Virus record (IMG/VR): IMGVR_UViG_3300048591_000612
Coordinates: 1 to 47,798 of that record
Source: a virus
Lineage: Duplodnaviria; Caudoviricetes
Direction: 5' to 3' (one strand)
Length of the DNA stretch: 47,798 nt
Position 1 is the stretch's first letter; each line of letters starts with the position of its first letter. The translations under genes were made by a program, and so were the position numbers. Under the pieces are notes generated by a model. That model was not told the DNA's origin, did not search any database, and saw only the letters and a program-made list of their open reading frames with translations. Of the stretch, positions 9,408-18,092 are shown piece by piece.

Positions 9408-10479
9408 CGTAAACTTCCCAGTACCGAAACATAATAGTTGGTTCGTACTGGACAGTACAAAAGTGCAAGCCTTCATGGATTGCCCTCGTGGATTCTTCTT
9501 CAACTACATTATGGGATGGCGGAAGAAAGAATCATCTATTCACCTGATATTCGGAAGCGCCTGGCATGATGCTATGGAACACCTTCTTAATAATGGGTAT
9601 AGTGGGAAGAGTGTAGCTGAAGCGTTTGATAAATTCTGCGATACATATGGTGAGTACTACCCAATCGGCTCACCTATGGATGATCTCAACGCACCGAAGA
9701 ATAGTGCCAATGCTCTAACGGCTCTCATAAAATATGCAAAGACCTGGTCACATGATTCCTTTGAGACCTTATACACAGAGATCGCTGGCTCCGTTCCGAT
9801 CAGCCCAAGTCATATCATGTACTTCAAACTGGATGCACTCATTAAAGATACCGATGGTCGTTACTGGTCATTGGAGCATAAGACAACTGGTCGTCTTACA
9901 CAATCATGGAAAGATTCATGGGAGTTAAAGACGCAGGTTGGTACTTACAATCACGTCATTAACTGCCTTGTACAACCTGAGAATGTTGGTGGAGTTATCA
10001 TCAACGGTGCTGTGCTACGTAAGGGTGATAATGAGTTCCTTCGTATTCCAATAAGACGCAGTCATGACGCTATGTCTATGTGGTTGTGGGAGACTAAACA
10101 TTACGTGGATATGATAGAATGGAACCTGCGTGAGCTTGCGGAAGTGAAGGAGAGCGATCCAGTAATGACTTGCTTCCCTCGCAATGGTGAGTCATGCAGT
10201 AAGTTCGGCTGCCGTATGGGTGGCTTATGTAATATGTGGGCGAATCCTATCCGTATGCAGGATAGAAGACCCATTGAATATGGTCAAGACTTTTGGGATC
10301 CTACTCGTGCGGAATCAGTGAAGCACGTATTCGATCCAACAACTAACACAATACAAGATATCACAGATGAATCAGCCATCAACAACTCCGGCATCACCCC
10401 AACAGACAGGAAACTCCCCGACCCAGACGCAATCAAAGACGAGTCTACCTCCATCAGCATCAAGGGCTTCGAGTTCTAA
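9388..10479 (+). CDS. PD-(D/E)XK nuclease, Cas4/RecB-like exonuclease
   Basis: DCPR near the N-terminus, GSAWH, KLD...EHKT catalytic motif, C-terminal Cys cluster consistent with an Fe-S staple. Confidence 0.8.
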   Translation: MQEPLTDVNFPVPKHNSWFVLDSTKVQAFMDCPRGFFFNYIMGWRKKESSIHLIFGSAWHDAMEHLLNNGYSGKSVAEAFDKFCDTYGEYYPIGSPMDDLNAPKNSANALTALIKYAKTWSHDSFETLYTEIAGSVPISPSHIMYFKLDALIKDTDGRYWSLEHKTTGRLTQSWKDSWELKTQVGTYNHVINCLVQPENVGGVIINGAVLRKGDNEFLRIPIRRSHDAMSMWLWETKHYVDMIEWNLRELAEVKESDPVMTCFPRNGESCSKFGCRMGGLCNMWANPIRMQDRRPIEYGQDFWDPTRAESVKHVFDPTTNTIQDITDESAINNSGITPTDRKLPDPDAIKDESTSISIKGFEF

Positions 10480-11281
10480 TCCAGGTGAGCGCACCGTTAA
10501 ACGTACTCTGGATATCAATGCAGAGTTTGAGCGGATGCGTGCTATGTATGAAACCAACGCTAACGTGCGTGGGTTCAATGCCTTGATATATGGAGCAACA
10601 GGTACAGGTAAGACATACGGTCTTCGTAATGCGCCTGGTCCTGTGTTCATACATTCTTTCGATCCTGGGGGATCTCGATCTCTCACGGATAAGATAAAGG
10701 AAGGTCACGTCATTGTAGATAATACCTTTGAACAGGAAGATGGGAAGAAGCCGTCTGCATACAGGACGTGGGAGGTTGAGTTCCTACGTCTGCGTGATAG
10801 TAACTTCTTCGATAACATAGGTACATACGTCATTGACTCTATCACTCTATGGGGTGAGGCATTGATGAATGAGATCCTTAAGAAAGCAGGGCGTGCAGGT
10901 ACGCCACCGCAGATGCAAGATTATCTTGCACAAATGACTACCATTGGTCACGTCATTAAGGACTGCACTGCACTGCCTTGTAACTTCATTGCAATCGGTC
11001 ACATAGAGTACGAGAAGGATGATACCCTTGGGAAGATCATCGCAGGTCCTATGTTGACCGGGAAGTTGTCAACGAAACTCCCTATGCTCTTTGACGAAGT
11101 CTACGTGACGCAGACAAAGGATAGCAGTAAGGGTATTGAATATTTCTACCTAACACAACCTAGTGGTATGTTCACGGCTCGTAGTCGTATAGCAGCCAAT
11201 GGGAAGATTGAGAAGTTTGAGGAGCAGAACCTCAAGGCTATTCTGCAGAAAGGTGGATTTAGTTCGGACGACAAAAGATGA
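10367..11281 (+). CDS. Sak4-like/AAA_24 P-loop ATPase (recombinase)
   Basis: LIYGATGTGKT Walker A, YVIDSIT Walker B, IAIGH; lies between the nuclease and the SSB-like gene. Confidence 0.75.
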   Translation: MNQPSTTPASPQQTGNSPTQTQSKTSLPPSASRASSSNPGERTVKRTLDINAEFERMRAMYETNANVRGFNALIYGATGTGKTYGLRNAPGPVFIHSFDPGGSRSLTDKIKEGHVIVDNTFEQEDGKKPSAYRTWEVEFLRLRDSNFFDNIGTYVIDSITLWGEALMNEILKKAGRAGTPPQMQDYLAQMTTIGHVIKDCTALPCNFIAIGHIEYEKDDTLGKIIAGPMLTGKLSTKLPMLFDEVYVTQTKDSSKGIEYFYLTQPSGMFTARSRIAANGKIEKFEEQNLKAILQKGGFSSDDKR

Positions 11282-11343
11282 CGTTCGTAGCTATCATCCT
11301 TGCAATACTAATCTTAATGGCATTAGCGGAGGCTAAACGATGA
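11278..11343 (+). CDS. 21 aa hydrophobic micropeptide
   Basis: MTFVAIILAILILMALAEAKR with ATGA overlaps at both ends. Confidence 0.45.
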   Translation: MTFVAIILAILILMALAEAKR

Positions 11344-11945
11344 GGGAGAAAATTATCCTGTTAGATGTTGAAACGACTGGTCTCAATTCATACAACCATA
11401 GTATCCACCAACTATCAGGATACATTGGGGAGGAGTTAGATGATGTAATAAACATCAGACGATCCTTCGATGTTAGAATGAAACCCTTTCGTATGAACAC
11501 CATTCAAGATGAAGCGCTTGAAGTCGCAGGTATTACACTTGAGATCTTAAAAGGTTATCAAGATGCAAAAGTTGCACACGCACACTTCACGCACACACTT
11601 GATAACTTCGTTGACAAATTTAATAAGCAGGACAAATTCCACCTGCTTGCGTACAACGCTCCATTTGATACGGACTTCCTTCGTAAGTGGTTCCTTGATA
11701 ATGGAAACAAATTCTATGGATCGTACTTCTTTGCACCATCCATAGATGTAATGACCCTTGCTGCTTCATCATTGATGGAGACCAGGGGTGGTATGAGCAA
11801 CTTCAAACTGGCAACAGTTGCTACGACGATAGGCATTGAAGTTGACGAAAGTCGTCTCCACGATAGTATGTATGATATCCAACTAACACTTGAAATCTAC
11901 GCACATATCAAAAACAAAAAACTGTCCATAAACATTCAAAACTAG
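11340..11945 (+). CDS. DEDDh 3'-5' exonuclease (DnaQ-like)
   Basis: LDVETTG, YNAPFD and HDSMYD motifs. Confidence 0.85.
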   Translation: MREKIILLDVETTGLNSYNHSIHQLSGYIGEELDDVINIRRSFDVRMKPFRMNTIQDEALEVAGITLEILKGYQDAKVAHAHFTHTLDNFVDKFNKQDKFHLLAYNAPFDTDFLRKWFLDNGNKFYGSYFFAPSIDVMTLAASSLMETRGGMSNFKLATVATTIGIEVDESRLHDSMYDIQLTLEIYAHIKNKKLSINIQN

Positions 11946-11955
11946 GTAAAACAAA

Positions 11956-12363
11956 ATGAGCGAAAACACAGCATCCTACCTTGACTACAACCTCGAAGAT
12001 GTACCTGAATTATCAACCGTACCTGAGGGTGAGTACCGTGTAATCTGTAAGCGTGCCGAAGTACGCACATCCACAAACAGTGGTAATCAGTACGTATCAC
12101 TTCAGCTCGAAGTTGCAGATGAGCCGGCATCACCAGACATCAATCACGTTGTCATGCTCCCTGGAGATGGCGATGATGAGAAGCAGAAGATCCGTAAGCT
12201 GAATCGTCTTCGTGATATCTGCCGTGCGTTCAATGTCAGCACAAGTGGTCAGATAGACATGACCCACTTCCAAGGACAAGAAGCATGGGCTCTCATCACA
12301 GAGGAAGAGGATCCTACATACGGAACGCAGAATCGTGTGAAGAAGATTCACATTCCGGCATAG
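11956..12363 (+). CDS. single-stranded DNA-binding protein-like (DUF669-like)
   Basis: VPEGEYRV...NRVKK pattern; position after Sak4-like gene. Confidence 0.65.
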   Translation: MSENTASYLDYNLEDVPELSTVPEGEYRVICKRAEVRTSTNSGNQYVSLQLEVADEPASPDINHVVMLPGDGDDEKQKIRKLNRLRDICRAFNVSTSGQIDMTHFQGQEAWALITEEEDPTYGTQNRVKKIHIPA

Positions 12364-12379
12364 TCCGTCCACTAATCAC

Positions 12380-12415
12380 AGCTCCTCTCCCTGCGGGGAG
12401 GGGGGCTATTTTTTT
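12380..12415 (+). terminator. intrinsic terminator
   Basis: GC-rich hairpin AGCTCCTCTCCC...GGGAGGGGGGCT followed by ATTTTTTT. Confidence 0.75.
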
Positions 12416-12426
12416 ACCTTACAGAT

Positions 12427-12663
12427 ATGCAAAAAATACCTCGCAAAAAAAGACTGAGTGTTCCAATGGATGATGCGAAGTTTGAGAAGTTAAACCGCCT
12501 CATTCCATGGGGACTGAAGTATCATGTTATTGAAACCCTCATTGATGGGTTGATAGATATGATTGAGAAAGACAAGGATAACATGGTATTAAGTGCCATC
12601 CTTGCAAAACGTATCCCAACAGAAATTGTCCTCAAACAAGGATTGAAAGATGGCAACGATTGA
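12427..12663 (+). CDS. small putative DNA-binding protein
   Basis: RKKRLSVPMDDAKFEKL beta-alpha start, ribbon-helix-helix-like. Confidence 0.55.
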   Translation: MQKIPRKKRLSVPMDDAKFEKLNRLIPWGLKYHVIETLIDGLIDMIEKDKDNMVLSAILAKRIPTEIVLKQGLKDGND

Positions 12664-12889
12664 TGACCTTAAGAAAAGCATAAGCGAAATGAGTGATGAG
12701 GAACTAATGGAACAGATCCTCGAGTCACGTAAACGCAGACGTCAACCAAACCCTTCACGTAGGCAGAAGTCAGTAGCAGAGAAGAAAGTTAAGGAAGTGA
12801 CAAAGTCCCTCACTGACTTTCAAAAGATGCTCGCCATGATGCCGAAGGATCAGCAACTTGAAATACTAAAGAAACTTGAAACCTCATGA
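12650..12889 (+). CDS. small basic helical protein
   Basis: 79 aa, coupled to the ParB-MTase gene. Confidence 0.7.
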   Translation: MATIDDLKKSISEMSDEELMEQILESRKRRRQPNPSRRQKSVAEKKVKEVTKSLTDFQKMLAMMPKDQQLEILKKLETS

Positions 12890-14238
12890 ATGTACAAACA
12901 TTAGATATCAATTTGGTAGATGAAGGCAAGAGAAGTCGTGCAGACTATGGTGACATTGATGCACTTGTTCTCGATATTAAAGAGCATGGTTTATACCATC
13001 CTATTGTTGTGTATGAGAAGAAGGAAGGTGACGAGAATATCGAGGTGCCTTATCTACTCCTTGCAGGTGGTCGCCGCCTTAATGCGCTTCGCCGATTGGA
13101 GTTAACAGAGATACCTGCTCATATTGTCGAACGTGTCTTAACGGCAGAAGAGATCAAGGTGATCGAACTCCATGAAAACTTTGTGCGTAAGGATATGACA
13201 TGGCATGAGGAAGCCTCTCTCCGTAAAGAGATCTTCGATCTACAGGTGAAGATACATGGACCTATGCGCATGAAGGGTGGGGAGAAGATTGGTGTCTCTA
13301 CTGAGGACGTTGCAGATATGATGAACATAACTCGACGTCAGTTGACAAGGGATCTTGAACTCGCTGAGATGATTGAAAAGAATCCGGAGCTGAAGAATAG
13401 CGCATCAAAGGCTGAGGCTATTAAGAAGATTGAAGTAGCCAAAGAGGCAATGTTAAAAGAGGAACTCGCCAAGAGGCAGACTGCGAAGATGGCATCAAAG
13501 GGTACAGATCATGTACGTCGTAATCTCCTCAACGCATATATACACGGAGATGCCTTCGAGCACATGGAGCAATTCCCTGATAACTCATTCGACATCATTG
13601 AGATAGATCCACCGTATGCGATTGATCTCAAGGAGAAGAAGAAGTTGAAGGATGATAACCAAGAGCTCGACGACTACAATGAGGTGCCTATCAAAGAGTA
13701 CGTCGACTTCATGGATAGGACACTGACGCAAGCTGCTCGTTTGCTAAAGGACAGTGGTCACCTCATTGTGTGGTTTGCACCTGAACCTTGGTTCGAGGTT
13801 ATCAATAGACAGATTAGATCAAAGGGTCTTGACTGTACTCGCATACCTGGGATATGGAATAAAATCAAAGGGCAGACGATGCAACCTAACTATCGCCTCG
13901 GCAATGCTTATGAGATGTTCTTCTACGCACGTGGGGAGAGGGCTGTAATTGCAAAGGCAGGTACGAATAATGTCTTCACATTCCCTGGCGCTAATCCTGA
14001 TGATAAGATACACCCAACCGAACGTCCTATTGAAATGATACAAGCCGTACTTGAAACATTCGGCATGAAGGGTGCTCGTGTGCTTGTACCGTTTGCAGGT
14101 AGTGGGAATACAATCCTCGCTGCCCATAATGCAGGTATGACTGCTATTGGCTATGACCTCTCACAATCGTATAAGAAGTCATATGACCTACGTGTGCTGA
14201 CGAATGAGGCTCTTGCATTCTCATCGTATAAAAAGTAA
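12886..14238 (+). CDS. ParB-like domain + HTH + amino (N6A/N4C, class beta) DNA methyltransferase fusion
   Basis: ParB motifs GLYHPIVV, LLAGGRRL, ENFVRKD; HTH STEDVADMMNITRRQLTRDL; MTase IDPPY, HPTERP, VPFAGSG. Confidence 0.88.
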   Translation: MNVQTLDINLVDEGKRSRADYGDIDALVLDIKEHGLYHPIVVYEKKEGDENIEVPYLLLAGGRRLNALRRLELTEIPAHIVERVLTAEEIKVIELHENFVRKDMTWHEEASLRKEIFDLQVKIHGPMRMKGGEKIGVSTEDVADMMNITRRQLTRDLELAEMIEKNPELKNSASKAEAIKKIEVAKEAMLKEELAKRQTAKMASKGTDHVRRNLLNAYIHGDAFEHMEQFPDNSFDIIEIDPPYAIDLKEKKKLKDDNQELDDYNEVPIKEYVDFMDRTLTQAARLLKDSGHLIVWFAPEPWFEVINRQIRSKGLDCTRIPGIWNKIKGQTMQPNYRLGNAYEMFFYARGERAVIAKAGTNNVFTFPGANPDDKIHPTERPIEMIQAVLETFGMKGARVLVPFAGSGNTILAAHNAGMTAIGYDLSQSYKKSYDLRVLTNEALAFSSYKK

Positions 14239-14240
14239 CC

Positions 14241-14267
14241 ATCTACTGGACATTATGTCCGAAAGGC
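14241..14267. promoter_or_regulatory. dispersed palindrome copy 4, directly downstream of the ParB-MTase gene
   Basis: ATCTACT-GGACATTATGTCC-GAAAGGC. Confidence 0.85.
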
Positions 14268-14272
14268 AGGGT

Positions 14273-16711
14273 ATGATAACAACAGATAATGTTCCCAAAA
14301 GGATAGTAAATGGTGATGGTCCTTCCTCCGCAACGATCATGATTGTAGGGGATGCTCCTGGTTCTCAAGAAGAGATGAGAGGTAAACCATTCATCGGAGC
14401 TGCCGGTGATATCCTCAACGCTTGTCTTGAGAGAGCAGGTATCATCCGATCTAACTGTTACATAACAAACGTGGTTAAGGAACGACCACCTATGGGTAAC
14501 ATAGATACACTCATATCGTTCACAAAGGGTGTGAAGAAGTCAGCTGTTTATGAAACATATGAGAAGGCTTTGTATGCTGAGATAGATCGCATCAAACCTA
14601 ACGTGATAGTTGCAATGGGATCTGTCGCATTGTATGCAGTGACGAGGAAGACAAGTGTCATGAAGTATCGTGGATCAATCATGTCTTCATGTGAGGATAT
14701 CCCTGGATATAAGGTAATACCTGTGATACACCCAAGTGCTGCACTACGGCAGTACCTCTTACAACATATGATTGCGAATGATCTTAGGCGTGTACGTGAG
14801 CAGTCGAAGTTTCCGGAAGTTGTGTATAAACAACGTGAGTATATACTGAACCCATCCTTCGACGACTCACTCCGCTTCTTATCAGACTGCATGGGTTATA
14901 GTCGTGTTGCATTTGACATCGAGGTATCCAACATGGAAGTATCTTGCATATCATTTGCATATAGTGATAACCTCGCCATATCAATTCCCTTCATTCATAA
15001 TGGTCATGACTATTTCACACCATTACAAGAGGCAGAGATATGGAGGCGTATTGCTTTAATATTGGAGAATGAAAACATCGAAGCGCTTGGACAGAACACA
15101 ACCTTTGATACAACATTCCTCTTCAATAAGTACGGAATTAAGACAAAGAATATACAAGATACAATGGTGGCACAGGCTATCCTCTACCCTGATTATCCAA
15201 AGGGTCTTGATTTCATAACAAGTATGTACACTGACATCCCTTATTACAAGGATGAAGGTAAGCATCGTATCGTACATGGAGGTGGTTCGGATGAATCATT
15301 CTGGTTGTACAATGCGAAGGACTCTATTGTCCTAATTGAAGCATTCCCTAAACAACTCGCTGCCTTAACGGCACAAGGTAACCTTGACACATACCGTAAT
15401 CAGGTTAGGTTAATCGAACCCCTGTTGTACATGACACAGAGGGGAATGAAGATGGACTATGAGGGATTGGAGAAGGCAAGTAAGGATGCAGAGAAGCGCC
15501 TTGCTGAACTTGAGCTTGAGTTGGAGAAGATATGTGGGGAACGTATTAACCTTGCAAGTCCAAAACAACTCGGGGATTACTTCTATAAGAAGCTCGGTAT
15601 AAAGCCGTACCTGAAAGCTGGCAAGCCTACAACAGATGAAGGCGCATTGAAGCGTCTATCAAGACGAGGCTTCAAGGAAGCAGAAATCATAATGGAGCAT
15701 CGTACACTTGCCAAACTGAATGGTACATACTTCAAGATGAAACTGGATGAAGACAAGCGCCTTCGTACAGCCATGAATCCTGTTGGTACACGTACTGGTC
15801 GCCTGTCCTCAAGTCAAACAATATTCGGTACAGGAGCCAATGTGCAGAATCAACCTCCAATCATGAAGAAGTTCATGCTCTGTGATGAGGGGTATGTTGC
15901 ATATGAGGTTGATCTTGGGCAAGCGGAGAATCGTGTTGTTGCATACCTTGGGCCTGATTTGAAAATGATAGATGCGTTTGAAAGTGGCGCTGATATTCAC
16001 CGTCGTACAGCATCCCTCATATTCGGTACACCTGAAGATCAGATCAGTGATGAGGCTGGGTCAAGTGATATTGCAGGTGGGCAGTACAGTCAAAGGTTCT
16101 GGGGGAAGAAAGCTAATCACTCCCTTAACTACGGCATGGGATATAAGAAGTTTGCATATACCCTGGAGATTGCAGAGAATGAGGGTAAGTTTATTGTTGA
16201 CAGATATCATCAAGGTTACCCTGGTGTTCGGCAAATGCATTCTTGGATTGTCAACCAATTAAGGAAAGATCGCACCCTTACAAATCTATTCGGAAGGCGT
16301 TATGTATTCCTCGATAGATGGGACGACACCCTTATGACTGATGCATACGCCTTTATGCCACAGAGTAGTATTGCTGATAAAGTAAACAGGCATGGGCTCA
16401 TGTATGTATACTATAATCAAGACACATTCAAGCACGTGGAAATATTGAATCAGGTACACGATTCGATCCTCTTCCAAATCCCACTCACACAGAGTTGGGA
16501 GTATCATGCATCTTGCTTACTGGCTTTGAAGAATAGCCTTGAGCAACCAATGCACTTTCGTGGTCGTGACTTCAGTATCCCTGCAGATATGAAGATGCTT
16601 CCAAAGAATATGAAGGATGGGATTAACCTTAAGAAAGTCCCGGAAGATGTTAATGAATTTGCCACTATATTAAAGGAGTCTTATGAGTCATACTATAATA
16701 AAAAGGTGTGA
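14273..16711 (+). CDS. family A DNA polymerase with N-terminal uracil-DNA-glycosylase-like domain and 3'-5' exonuclease
   Basis: UDG-like GDAPG...PFIG, NVVKERPP, HPSA; exonuclease FDIE, NTTFD, YNAKD; polymerase TGRLSS, DLGQAE, KKANHSLNYG, QVHDS; ATG 14273 preferred over 14204. Confidence 0.92.
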   Translation: MITTDNVPKRIVNGDGPSSATIMIVGDAPGSQEEMRGKPFIGAAGDILNACLERAGIIRSNCYITNVVKERPPMGNIDTLISFTKGVKKSAVYETYEKALYAEIDRIKPNVIVAMGSVALYAVTRKTSVMKYRGSIMSSCEDIPGYKVIPVIHPSAALRQYLLQHMIANDLRRVREQSKFPEVVYKQREYILNPSFDDSLRFLSDCMGYSRVAFDIEVSNMEVSCISFAYSDNLAISIPFIHNGHDYFTPLQEAEIWRRIALILENENIEALGQNTTFDTTFLFNKYGIKTKNIQDTMVAQAILYPDYPKGLDFITSMYTDIPYYKDEGKHRIVHGGGSDESFWLYNAKDSIVLIEAFPKQLAALTAQGNLDTYRNQVRLIEPLLYMTQRGMKMDYEGLEKASKDAEKRLAELELELEKICGERINLASPKQLGDYFYKKLGIKPYLKAGKPTTDEGALKRLSRRGFKEAEIIMEHRTLAKLNGTYFKMKLDEDKRLRTAMNPVGTRTGRLSSSQTIFGTGANVQNQPPIMKKFMLCDEGYVAYEVDLGQAENRVVAYLGPDLKMIDAFESGADIHRRTASLIFGTPEDQISDEAGSSDIAGGQYSQRFWGKKANHSLNYGMGYKKFAYTLEIAENEGKFIVDRYHQGYPGVRQMHSWIVNQLRKDRTLTNLFGRRYVFLDRWDDTLMTDAYAFMPQSSIADKVNRHGLMYVYYNQDTFKHVEILNQVHDSILFQIPLTQSWEYHASCLLALKNSLEQPMHFRGRDFSIPADMKMLPKNMKDGINLKKVPEDVNEFATILKESYESYYNKKV

Positions 16712-16883
16712 GTGGTTACTTCCTCACATACAGATGTGGGTAGATAATCTATTCTCAGATAGTGGAAATCAATGTGAGATGTTTAACGCATACCTACTAT
16801 CTACTGGTGAGACACATTGGGATGTACAAGAGCCTGATGAGCCGTATGTAGCTGCAATCATCTTTAACTATCCACACCAATGA
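16683..16883 (+). CDS. hypothetical protein
   Basis: 66 aa ORF filling the gap between the polymerase and helicase-like genes. Confidence 0.35.
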   Translation: MSHTIIKRCEWLLPHIQMWVDNLFSDSGNQCEMFNAYLLSTGETHWDVQEPDEPYVAAIIFNYPHQ

Positions 16884-16886
16884 GGC

Positions 16887-18086
16887 ATGGCAAAATTATT
16901 AGATTGGGTAGATGGATTCCTTAAATATACAGACAACACTGAGCCACCTATCCTCTACAAAGAGTGGATAGCCTGTAGCGTAATTGCGAGTGCCCTTCGT
17001 CGGAAGTGTTACCTACCTTGGGGATCGGGTATAACATTTTACCCTAACCTCTACATTGTATTGGTTGGTCCTTCTGGTAAATGTAGAAAAGGTACCGCAA
17101 TGGGGATGGGAGCGCAATTCCTGCGGGAGCTCGGTGTTAAGATGGCTGCTGAGGCAATCACACGTGAGGCATTGATTAGGGAGCTTGCAGGTGCGAGTGA
17201 GACTAATGTGTCTCAGAAAAATGGGAAGGTATATCTTCACTCCTCCCTTACAATCTTCAGCCAGGAGTTAACAGTATTCCTGGGTTATAATAATCAAAAC
17301 CTTATTGCTGACCTAACAGATTGGTACGATTGTCGTGACCCTTGGATATACAGAACAAAGAGTCAGGGCACAGATGAGATCAATGGTGTGTGGGTTAACC
17401 TCATTGGGGCAACCACACCGGAGTTGATTCAGAGTGCCCTTCCTCGTGACGCAATCGGTGGAGGTCTTGCCTCTCGTATCATCTTCGTGTATGAGGATAA
17501 TAAAGCGAAGAATATTGCGATACCTTTTCAGAGTGAAGAGGAACTCGCAATGCGTGAGAAGTTAATTGATCGCTTGGATCAGATACAGCAACTCGATGGT
17601 CAGTTCACGATCACAAATGACTTCCTTGATATATACGTACCTTGGTATGAGAAACAACATAGGCATCCACCGTTTAAGCATAACCCAAACTTTGCGGGAT
17701 ATGTTGAACGAAGGCCGAATCACGTGATGAAGTTAAGCATGATCCTCTCTGCATCAAGCCGTACTGATATGGTTATTGATGGAGAGATATTAACTCGTGC
17801 TATTAATATGCTTGAAAGGACAGAAGTGAAAATGCCTCAGACCTTTAGTGGCTATGGTTCTGCGAAAACAAGTGATGTTATACATCGCCTCATGCAGTAC
17901 ATCGCAGCTACAAAGACACCAACACATCAGCAGATTATGTCAACATTCTACGCTGATGTAGCAAGTGAGCGTGAACTGAATGATATGCTTACTGTCCTAC
18001 AAAGGATGGGGTTCATATCACAGGTTGTAAAACAGACAGGGACGGAATATCATTATAAGAAGACGAAAGAGAATGACCTCCTATAA
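16887..18086 (+). CDS. DUF3987-like P-loop protein, putative replicative helicase
   Basis: PNLYIVLVGPSGKCRKGT Walker A-like, LIGATTP, GLASRIIFV arginine-finger-like motif, probable C-terminal wHTH. Confidence 0.65.
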   Translation: MAKLLDWVDGFLKYTDNTEPPILYKEWIACSVIASALRRKCYLPWGSGITFYPNLYIVLVGPSGKCRKGTAMGMGAQFLRELGVKMAAEAITREALIRELAGASETNVSQKNGKVYLHSSLTIFSQELTVFLGYNNQNLIADLTDWYDCRDPWIYRTKSQGTDEINGVWVNLIGATTPELIQSALPRDAIGGGLASRIIFVYEDNKAKNIAIPFQSEEELAMREKLIDRLDQIQQLDGQFTITNDFLDIYVPWYEKQHRHPPFKHNPNFAGYVERRPNHVMKLSMILSASSRTDMVIDGEILTRAINMLERTEVKMPQTFSGYGSAKTSDVIHRLMQYIAATKTPTHQQIMSTFYADVASERELNDMLTVLQRMGFISQVVKQTGTEYHYKKTKENDLL

Positions 18087-18092
18087 AGGGGG

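Noticed and set aside
9388-10479. CRISPR-Cas system suggested by the Cas4-like gene
   Set aside because: No repeat-spacer array or other cas genes; solo Cas4-like nucleases are common in phage recombination modules
12886-14238. Plasmid-prophage ParABS partition system
   Set aside because: No ParA/SopA-type ATPase, Rep initiator or repressor recognised, and the sites are dispersed rather than clustered; retained only as a weaker alternative
14204-14272. Longer N-terminus of the polymerase as given in the ORF track
   Set aside because: Overlaps the MTase gene end and palindrome copy 4; ATG 14273 has a purine-rich RBS and starts just before the UDG-like domain
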